DNA of 62,923 nt, filler included, from Octopus bimaculoides (lineage: Eukaryota): the NCBI RefSeq assembly GCF_001194135.2. It is 4 parts of 4 records of this genome, joined end to end, with 100 filler letters (N's around TTAATTAATTAA, not from the genome) between each part and the next. Parts side by side here need not be neighbours in the genome. Positions count along the whole stretch, not along the records: positions 43,322 to 55,531 come from NW_026420343.1; positions 55,632 to 62,923 come from NC_068998.1; 2 more parts are not named here. One strand, given 5' to 3'. A program made the translations under genes and the position numbers. The notes under the pieces were generated by a model. That model worked only from the letters and a program-made list of their open reading frames with translations. It was not told the origin of the DNA and did not search any database. Shown here one piece after another: positions 52,812-62,923 of this stretch. The first letter of the stretch is position 1; every line of letters begins with the position of its first letter.

Positions 52812-52953
52812 CCTACCTACCTACCTACCTACCTACCTACCTACCTCGTTAACAATCTAACTAGCTAGCTAGCTAGCTAGCTAGTCACCCAGCAACCCTA
52901 TCGTTAGAGGCACTGCTCAGAATTGTGTTTAACGATGGCAAACCACACCAGCC

Positions 52954-53002
52954 GCAGCGCCATCTACCTGCAGCCATCACGTTCCGGTCTGCAGCCGGAA
53001 GT
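52954..53002. promoter_or_regulatory. CpG-rich patch with CTCF/YY1-like (TAGATGGCGC on minus strand) and ETS (CCGGAAGT) motifs
   Basis: Motif matches only. Confidence 0.25.
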
Positions 53003-53195
53003 TACGCGCTTCGATTCGAACAGACAATTGTTTTCGGCGTTTCGTGATTCAAGGTTTGGCTGGTTTTTAAGAATGAATGCGATGCCAGGCAATGTGGCGG
53101 CGCTGGTGTTGTGATGGTGACGGTGGCAGTGGTGGTGGAGATGGTGGTGGTAGTGGTGCCGGTGGTTGTGATGGTAGTGTTGATATATATATGCA

Positions 53196-53239
<44 letters not shown>

Positions 53240-53245
<6 letters not shown>

Positions 53246-53501
53246 TGTGTCTGTGTTTATCCTCCCAACATCGCTTGACAACCCATGCTGGTGTGTTTAC
53301 GTCCCCGTAACGTAGCGGTTCGGCAAAAGAAAACCGATAGAATAAGTACTAGGCTTACAAAGAATAAGTCCTGGGGTCGATTTGCTCGACTAAAGGCGGT
53401 GCTCCAGCATGGCCACAGTCAAATGACTGAAACAAGTAAAAGAGTAAAAGAGAGTAAAAGAGTAAAAGAGAGTAAAAGAGTAAAAGAGAGTAAAAGAGTA
53501 A
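53240..53501 (+). mobile_element. SINE family B 3' half with expanded tail
   Basis: Near-identical to 20880-21070; tail (GTAAAAGA GTAAAAGAGA)x3.5. Confidence 0.9.
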
Positions 53502-54467
53502 TATGTCAGGCTANNNNNNNNNNNNNNNNNNNNNNNNNNNNNNNNNNNNNNNNNNNNNNNNNNNNNNNNNNNNNNNNNNNNNNNNNNNNNNNNNNNNNNN
53601 NNNNNNNNNNNNNNNNNNNNNNNNNNNNNNNNNNNNNNNNNNNNNNNNNNNNNNNNNNNNNNNNNNNNNNNNNNNNNNNNNNNNNNNNNNNNNNNNNNNN
53701 NNNNNNNNNNNNNNNNNNNNNNNNNNNNNNNNNNNNNNNNNNNNNNNNNNNNNNNNNNNNNNNNNNNNNNNNNNNNNNNNNNNNNNNNNNNNNNNNNNNN
53801 NNNNNNNNNNNNNNNNNNNNNNNNNNNNNNNNNNNNNNNNNNNNNNNNNNNNNNNNNNNNNNNNNNNNNNNNNNNNNNNNNNNNNNNNNNNNNNNNNNNN
53901 NNNNNNNNNNNNNNNNNNNNNNNNNNNNNNNNNNNNNNNNNNNNNNNNNNNNNNNNNNNNNNNNNNNNNNNNNNNNNNNNNNNNNNNNNNNNNNNNNNNN
54001 NNNNNNNNNNNNNNNNNNNNNNNNNNNNNNNNNNNNNNNNNNNNNNNNNNNNNNNNNNNNNNNNNNNNNNNNNNNNNNNNNNNNNNNNNNNNNNNNNNNN
54101 NNNNNNNNNNNNNNNNNNNNNNNNNNNNNNNNNNNNNNNNNNNNNNNNNNNNNNNNNNNNNNNNNNNNNNNNNNNNNNNNNNNNNNNNNNNNNNNNNNNN
54201 NNNNNNNNNNNNNNNNNNNNNNNNNNNNNNNNNNNNNNNNNNNNNNNNNNNNNNNNNNNNNNNNNNNNNNNNNNNNNNNNNNNNNNNNNNNNNNNNNNNN
54301 NNNNNNNNNNNNNNNNNNNNNNNNNNNNNNNNNNNNNNNNNNNNNNNNNNNNNNNNNNNNNNNNNNNNNNNNNNNNNNNNNNNNNNNNNNNNNNNNNNNN
54401 NNNNNNNNNNNNNNNNNNNNNNNNNNNNNNNNNNNNNNNNNNNNNNNNNNNNNNNNNNNNNNNNNNN

Positions 54468-54533
<66 letters not shown>

Positions 54534-55151
54534 ATGTATATATGTATGTATGTATATATAAATTCATACATATATAAGTACTCAAATGCATGTGCACACA
54601 CAGAGACATAAACACACACACGCATGCACACACATAGATGCATATGTACATACATATATGCACAAAGGGAGATACTAAAGATAGATAGATGCCCACACAC
54701 ACACACACATCATACACAGAGACCGTTCGAGAGATAACAAGACATAGAAAGACACGAGAGACAAGAGCGACATCATCAAGAAGATAGACGTAGCGACATC
54801 ACTGTGATAAATAGACTCACGAAAGACAGAAACGCATCTTAAACACACAAAACACACAAGTTCACATATATAAATAGTAATACGTACGCACAGACGACAA
54901 AGAAAAATGGCGGCACGGATAAAGAGAGAAGGAGATTTGGAAGGAAAAGAGCGAAGTAAAGGGAGATTAACGCCGATTGCGTGGAGTTGATAGAATAGGG
55001 AAGATAAAATATAGACAGGAGGCGAACTAACACAGGATGTGGAGATAGAAATAACGACAGAAGTGAGTATATATATAGAGACTAACATACTCCTACCGGA
55101 ACTGGTGTATGTTTGTACGTATGTAACTTATGCATGTATGTTATGTACGTG

Positions 55152-55199
<48 letters not shown>

Positions 55200-55575
55200 T
55201 ATATTTATATACATATATGTGCATATATATATATATTTTTTTTTTATATATATATATATATATGTATATATGCATGCATGTATGTATATATGTGCGTGTG
55301 TGTGTATTTATACAGGCCTAAAGATATATATCTATGTATATATATGCTATGTATGTAATCGTGTACATATTAGTTTATAGTTATATATATATATATATAT
55401 CAATGTTCCATATGTACTGTACATTGATTCACAAACACACACATGCACACACATACACAAACATATATATATATTTATATAAACATATATGTACAGAAAA
55501 TATCCAGTAACTTATATGCATATATATATATNNNNNNNNNNNNNNNNNNNNNNNNNNNNNNNNNNNNNNNNNNNN

Positions 55576-55587
55576 TTAATTAATTAA
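55576..55587. other. Artificial assembly linker TTAATTAATTAA
   Basis: As at 26809. Confidence 0.85.
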
Positions 55588-56025
55588 NNNNNNNNNNNNN
55601 NNNNNNNNNNNNNNNNNNNNNNNNNNNNNNNATATATATATATATATAAGTGTGTTTGTATGTGTGTGTATGGCCTGACCTTGTTTTCTGAACTGGATAT
55701 GAGAACTGAAGTAACGATGTTTTTAAAGGACTATATCATATTTTAGACAGACATATCTTCACATTCATTCATACATATACACGCATATACATACATCCAT
55801 ACATACATGTATGTGTGTGTGTGTGCGTGTGTGTGTGTATAACATTATCCTTTAATGTTGTGTTGTATTATTCAGTCACTGTGCTGTGAACTTCTCACAA
55901 AACCACTGTGTGACCTCAACGGGAAAGATTCAATCAAAAATACCTTCAACCACATCGCCATTATATATTATTAACATTGTTTGACGACATACTGTCCGTA
56001 ATGACTGATTTACAAATTATTATCC

Positions 56026-56105
<80 letters not shown>

Positions 56106-56772
56106 GTTGTTGTTGTTGTTATTGTTATTATTGTTGTTTTTTCGTGTTTTTTTTGTGTGATTCTTGTCGTCGTTGCTTTTGTTNNNNNNNNNNNNNNNNN
56201 NNNNNNNNNNNNNNNNNNNNNNNNNNNNNNNNNNNNNNNNNNNNNNNNNNNNNNNNNNNNNNNNNNNNNNNNNNNNNNNNNNNNNNNNNNNNNNNNNNNN
56301 NNNNNNNNNNNNNNNNNNNNNNNNNNNNNNNNNNNNNNNNNNNNNNNNNNNNNNNNNNNNNNNNNNNNNNNNNNNNNNNNNNNNNNNNNNNNNNNNNNNN
56401 NNNNNNNNNNNNNNNNNNNNNNNNNNNNNNNNNNNNNNNNNNNNNNNNNNNNNNNNNNNNNNNNNNNNNNNNNNNNNNNNNNNNNNNNNNNNNNNNNNNN
56501 NNNNNNNNNNNNNNNNNNNNNNNNNNNNNNNNNNNNNNNNNNNNNNNNNNNNNNNNNNNNNNNNNNNNNNNNNNNNNNNNNNNNNNNNNNNNNNNNNNNN
56601 NNNNNNNNNNNNNNNNNNNNNNNNNNNNNNNNNNNNNNNNNNNNNNNNNNNNNNNNNNNNNNNNNNNNNNNNNNNNNNNNNNNNNNNNNNNNNNNNNNNN
56701 NNNNNNNNNNNNNNNNNNNNNNNNNNNNNNNNNNNNNNNNNNNNNNNNNNNNNNNNNNNNNNNNNNNNNNNN

Positions 56773-56812
<40 letters not shown>

Positions 56813-57496
56813 TATATATAGGCGTAGGTAGTAAAACCTTTTTGCGTATAAAACGTTACATCAGGTGTGAACCCTAACAACAGGAGAATCGAAACCTGAT
56901 TCACTACCTCTGGTTTGTCTCCGGTTCCCACTTTTTCTTAGTCACCCTCCCCATGATTCCACATAGTTCAGTTATTATTAGCGATAAGTCCCTTAGTTTG
57001 ATTTTCTGAACTAAGCTCACCCCTTTTTACGAAGTCCAAGCAACCGGAAATCACTTTATCTACTCTTAAATCCATTACATACAGATGGGGGGATCGAGAA
57101 GCCAATCTGCAGTTAAGTGTCGCCAAATCTCAGGGTTGTCTTCATAATAGTGACTCTTAGCTATGGATACATAGCTTCGTTATTTGCTACGATACAATGA
57201 TAAAGTATTTCCTGGCTTAAGGGCATTCCACTTGTTTTATTGTTTACTGAAAGAAATCAAGAACGTGACGATGGCTCACTTTCCACTCTCACACGTCGTT
57301 TTAGACTAACCATGGACACCAGGAGATATATAATAATCACTGTGTGAGAAGCCTCCAGCGACTCACTGTCACCGGTATATCGCAAGAAAACATGCCTCTC
57401 ACACATACTGTGATATATGCGTACTTATATTCGTACTCATATAAGCATACAAGCACATACACACATATACACAAGCACGCATAGACACACGCATAC

Positions 57497-57529
<33 letters not shown>

Positions 57530-57532
<3 letters not shown>

Positions 57533-57740
57533 CTTCTGTCTTTTACTTGTTCCAGTCAGTAGACTGCGGCCATGCTGTTGCACTGTCTTGAAGAAGTTTT
57601 AATTGAAAATCTCCTCCCTGGTACTTAATTTTTTAAGGCCTTGTACTTTATCGGTGTCATTGGGCGAACCGCTGAGTTACTCGGACGTAAGCACACCAAC
57701 ACTGCTTGTGAAGTGGTGGTGGTGGTGGACAAACACACAC
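57530..57740 (-). mobile_element. SINE family B 3' half
   Basis: GACTGCGGCCATGCTG..GAACCGCTGAGTTAC matches the reverse complement of the B tail. Confidence 0.75.
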
Positions 57741-58437
57741 ACANNNNNNNNNNNNNNNNNNNNNNNNNNNNNNNNNNNNNNNNNNNNNNNNNNNNNNNNN
57801 NNNNNNNNNNNNNNNNNNNNNNNNNNNNNNNNNNNNNNNNNNNNNNNNNNNNNNNNNNNNNNNNNNNNNNNNNNNNNNNNNNNNNNNNNNNNNNNNNNNN
57901 NNNNNNNNNNNNNNNNNNNNNNNNNNNNNNNNNNNNNNNNNNNNNNNNNNNNNNNNNNNNNNNNNNNNNNNNNNNNNNNNNNNNNNNNNNNNNNNNNNNN
58001 NNNNNNNNNNNNNNNNNNNNNNNNNNNNNNNNNNNNNNNNNNNNNNNNNNNNNNNNNNNNNNNNNNNNNNNNNNNNNNNNNNNNNNNNNNNNNNNNNNNN
58101 NNNNNNNNNNNNNNNNNNNNNNNNNNNNNNNNNNNNNNNNNNNNNNNNNNNNNNNNNNNNNNNNNNNNNNNNNNNNNNNNNNNNNNNNNNNNNNNNNNNN
58201 NNNNNNNNNNNNNNNNNNNNNNNNNNNNNNNNNNNNNNNNNNNNNNNNNNNNNNNNNNNNNNNNNNNNNNNNNNNNNNNNNNNNNNNNNNNNNNNNNNNN
58301 NNNNNNNNNNNNNNNNNNNNNNNNNNNNNNNNNNNNNNNNNNNNNNNNNNNNNNNNNNNNNNNNNNNNNNNNNNNNNNNNNNNNNNNNNNNNNNNNNNNN
58401 NNNNNNNNNNNNNNNNNNNNNNNNNNNNNNNNNNNNN

Positions 58438-58471
<34 letters not shown>

Positions 58472-59121
58472 ATATATATATAGAGAGATATATAATGTGT
58501 GTGCGTGTGTGAGTGTGTTAACAGTTCTGTCGTTCATCCGTATCTATCCAGATTGGCTTAGTAGAGTAACATTTATTATAGATTCTTCTCCTAAGAGGAA
58601 TCACAATGGTTTCCGGGATCAAAGATCACGCATTCACACGTGAATACACACACACACACACGGACGCACACACGCACGTGCACGCATACATAGAGACGCA
58701 CACACGCATACATCATTCTCACAATTTAATACTAAACAACAGGGAGCTGAGTGAGGGAAGGGGTAATTCGATATATTCTGGAAAAAAAAGTACCTGACAG
58801 AAAGAACCGGATCAAAAGTTTATATAACACACACACATACACACGCACGCATATATATCTGTGTGTTATATAAACTTATGTGTGTGTGTGTGTCTTATAC
58901 ATACATACACATATACATATAGATAGATAGATATATCACACGCACAAGTATGTGTGTATGTATATGTGAGTGTATATATATATCTGTCTGCGTATATATG
59001 TGTGTGTGAGTGTGTCTCTGTGTGTGTATACACACAAACACATACACGCACACACATATATAAATATATATATATACACACATATAAATTTAGAAGACCT
59101 GGAAGAAAATGTAAATGAATG

Positions 59122-59174
<53 letters not shown>

Positions 59175-59890
59175 NNNNNNNNNNNNNNNNNNNNNNNNNN
59201 NNNNNNNNNNNNNNNNNNNNNNNNNNNNNNNNNNNNNNNNNNNNNNNNNNNNNNNNNNNNNNNNNNNNNNNNNNNNNNNNNNNNNNNNNNNNNNNNNNNN
59301 NNNNNNNNNNNNNNNNNNNNNNNNNNNNNNNNNNNNNNNNNNNNNNNNNNNNNNNNNNNNNNNNNNNNNNNNNNNNNNNNNNNNNNNNNNNNNNNNNNNN
59401 NNNNNNNNNNNNNNNNNNNNNNNNNNNNNNNNNNNNNNNNNNNNNNNNNNNNNNNNNNNNNNNNNNNNNNNNNNNNNNNNNNNNNNNNNNNNNNNNNNNN
59501 NNNNNNNNNNNNNNNNNNNNNNNNNNNNNNNNNNNNNNNNNNNNNNNNNNNNNNNNNNNNNNNNNNNNNNNNNNNNNNNNNNNNNNNNNNNNNNNNNNNN
59601 NNNNNNNNNNNNNNNNNNNNNNNNNNNNNNNNNNNNNNNNNNNNNNNNNNNNNNNNNNNNNNNNNNNNNNNNNNNNNNNNNNNNNNNNNNNNNNNNNNNN
59701 NNNNNNNNNNNNNNNNNNNNNNNNNNNNNNNNNNNNNNNNNNNNNNNNNNNNNNNNNNNNNNNNNNNNNNNNNNNNNNNNNNNNNNNNNNNNNNNNNNNN
59801 NNNNNNNNNNNNNNNNNNNNNNNNNNNNNNNNNNNNNNNNNNNCATATATATACATATACATACACATATATACATATATATATATACAT

Positions 59891-59935
<45 letters not shown>

Positions 59936-60032
59936 CATATATACATATATATATATATATACACATATATATATATATACACACCCATATATATATATAT
60001 ATATATATACATACACATATATACATATACAT

Positions 60033-60091
<59 letters not shown>

Positions 60092-60466
60092 TGTATGTAT
60101 AAAAGTGTGTGTGTATGATTGTTTCGCGCTACAGACTACAAATGCAAATGATAAACAAATAAAAGAAAAAAATTGGAAAGACACACAACAAAAAAGGAAA
60201 TAATGAAAAAAATCACAAGAATTTTGGCTTCGAGAGTAGGTTAGTCGAGTGAAGATTGTGGGAGGAGGAAGAGGAAGAGGAAGAGGAGGGGTAAAGTAAT
60301 ACATTCGATGCAATGCCAGATCGGGTAACAACCGAAGGAGGAGGAGGTGGGCGAGTAAGTAATATATTAAGACAATAACATTCCATAAAGATTTTTATAG
60401 GCTTTATAATAGTAAGATTAGAAAAATAGAATAAGGCTTATATATATATGTGTGTGTATATATATA

Positions 60467-60529
<63 letters not shown>

Positions 60530-61201
60530 GCATATGTGGGCACATGACTTCATGAAACGTGTACAACAAGAAAGTACATATATATATATATTGTGTTGTG
60601 TGTGTGTAAATGTGTTTATATGATATATATATGTATGTATTTATACATGTGTGTGTGTGTGTGNNNNNNNNNNNNNNNNNNNNNNNNNNNNNNNNNNNNN
60701 NNNNNNNNNNNNNNNNNNNNNNNNNNNNNNNNNNNNNNNNNNNNNNNNNNNNNNNNNNNNNNNNNNNNNNNNNNNNNNNNNNNNNNNNNNNNNNNNNNNN
60801 NNNNNNNNNNNNNNNNNNNNNNNNNNNNNNNNNNNNNNNNNNNNNNNNNNNNNNNNNNNNNNNNNNNNNNNNNNNNNNNNNNNNNNNNNNNNNNNNNNNN
60901 NNNNNNNNNNNNNNNNNNNNNNNNNNNNNNNNNNNNNNNNNNNNNNNNNNNNNNNNNNNNNNNNNNNNNNNNNNNNNNNNNNNNNNNNNNNNNNNNNNNN
61001 NNNNNNNNNNNNNNNNNNNNNNNNNNNNNNNNNNNNNNNNNNNNNNNNNNNNNNNNNNNNNNNNNNNNNNNNNNNNNNNNNNNNNNNNNNNNNNNNNNNN
61101 NNNNNNNNNNNNNNNNNNNNNNNNNNNNNNNNNNNNNNNNNNNNNNNNNNNNNNNNNNNNNNNNNNNNNNNNNNNNNNNNNNNNNNNNNNNNNNNNNNNN
61201 N

Positions 61202-61246
<45 letters not shown>

Positions 61247-61449
61247 ATCTATCTATCTATCTATCGATCGATCGATGTAAATATATAACAAATAAAGACA
61301 CCTCAGATGAGTTTGCAAGAATCAGCTGAAACTAATCGGATTGTTCTTTTAGTTTGTCCTAGAGATATATATCAGCCCTATCATTTATTACCTTAGGTGG
61401 CATGCATATCCGTTGCTACATGTGTGATCTCTTTTATCTTTTTACTAAG

Positions 61450-61710
61450 TTTCCAAGTCAGTAGACTGCGGCCATGCTGGAGCACACACTGTCTTGGATT
61501 TTAGTTGAACAAATCGACTCTACACACACACACACATGTATAATATATACGACGAGCTTCTTTCAGGTTCCGTCTACCCAAATCCTCTCACTAGGCATTG
61601 GTCGGCCCGCGGTTATAGTAGAATACACATGCCCAGCAATCATGGGTTCGATTCCCAGACCAAGCAGCGCGTTATGTTCTTATGCAAAACACTTTATTTC
61701 ACGCTGTAAA
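61450..61710. mobile_element. Deleted family B copy (minus, 61450-61630) abutting a family E fragment (plus, 61640-61710)
   Basis: Family motifs as above. Confidence 0.65.
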
Positions 61711-62119
61711 CAGATAACCTTGCGACAGATTAACCTTCCGATTGGGTGTGGGGGATGGGGGTGTAAAGAGCATTGTGAACAGCGATGTGGATAACAAAAT
61801 CCGATAATCAGGTGGATCTCGAGACAATGTGATAATAAAAATACTGGATGAAGGACAAATTTATTCAAACTTCATTTACGTATAAATCTTTCAAGGTTTT
61901 ATCAGATCCTAGCTAGATCGCTTGGGTGAGGGTATCTGAATGCTAAAAGACTCGAAACATCACTGATGTTCTATGGGGAAAACATTTCCGTTGACATAAA
62001 ATCTTCAATGTCCTCTCTGCTCTTGGAATCCTCAGATACTTAGGGAGCACAAGTTGGGAGAGACGTTTAACTGAGAAGGAACCGACAATATAGTTTTTTC
62101 TTTTTCTTTTTTTTTTTAG

Positions 62120-62156
62120 GATTATCCACGAATTAGACAATCAGGATGTTGAATAA
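62120..62156 (+). CDS. Candidate terminal exon F (IIHELDNQDVE*), followed by two AATAAA
   Basis: Very strong poly-T acceptor ending ag at 62119; phase 2 matches exon E; AATAAA at about 62152 and 62163. Confidence 0.3.
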
Positions 62157-62224
62157 ACAAGAATAAAATTGTATTGTTTTTGTACTTTATGGATGTTTTG
62201 TGCATTTATCTTTTATAGTTTACT

Positions 62225-62300
62225 TCTTTCAGTCCTTGTATTGTGACCCCACTAAGGCAAATTCCCTGAAGGGTTCGGTCGAACAAATCGGCTTCTTGAT

Positions 62301-62339
<39 letters not shown>

Positions 62340-62490
62340 CCTGGTATTTATCATATCCATCCCTTTTGCTCAACCGCTAACTTATAGGGGTCGATAATTT
62401 AAGTACTAATTGAGTACTGGGGTCGATCTAATCGACTATCCCCTTCCCCCAAATTGCAGGCCTTGTGCCTATAATAGAAAGGATTATTAT
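62225..62490. mobile_element. Family B tail (minus, 62225-62385) joined to family A core and tail (plus, 62388-62490)
   Basis: GGGGTCGATAATTTAAGTAC..GGGGTCGATCTAATCGAC..GGCCTTGTGCCTA. Confidence 0.7.
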
Positions 62491-62923
62491 GTCAAACATA
62501 ATGTTTATTCAATCAAACTGGTTTGAATTGATCATACATTATCTCACTGCTTCTGGGTCTCAATGATGTGATAGTATATTTTTACTATGACTTTGTAAAG
62601 TAGATGTGAACAACTTTTACCCTCAATCGGGGTTTTAAGTCCTAAGGTTAGATAACTAAAGTGTAAACTTTAGTAAAAAATATATGTTTGCCTTTCTCGG
62701 TCATTGTTTGTTTCCTTACAAAACGATCGTAGGCACTCAACTCTGCTGCTGCTGATAGTGGTGGTTGTGGTGATATGGTGGTGGTGGTGGTGGTGGTGGT
62801 GGTGGTGGTGCTGTTGCTGCTGCTGCTGCTGATGATGATCATGCGGGTGGTGAAAATAACAAAATAAAACTTCACCTTAAAATTTTTTTTTAAAGTCCTT
62901 AAAAGACTCGAAAGAATCATGCG

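Overview
Repeat-saturated animal genomic DNA with many N gaps and abundant microsatellites. The repeat families suggest a coleoid cephalopod (Octopus-like); this is inference. Nearly all long ORFs in the supplied track are microsatellite or N-run artefacts. Supportable content: (i) dozens of copies of at least 3 tRNA-derived SINE families and a (GAT)n-tailed retroelement; (ii) remnants of restriction-like-endonuclease (RLE, R4/Dong-like) non-LTR retrotransposons at (AAT)n tracts, one internally deleted; (iii) three mariner transposase relics, a Helitron Rep/helicase relic and Helentron-like non-autonomous elements; (iv) several fold-back/MITE-like inverted repeats; (v) a phase-consistent chain of small + strand exons of an unidentified host gene (1332-25124, possibly continuing at 48629 and 62120). 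The most interesting object is at 38160-38748: a tRNA-headed SINE-like element carrying a Penelope-type minimal hammerhead ribozyme motif, present as a head-to-head inverted pair. Three TTAATTAATTAA linkers inside N runs show the window is stitched from at least 4 pieces, and CpG content jumps at the first linker, so cross-linker inferences are weak. All identifications were made by eye; no database search was run.
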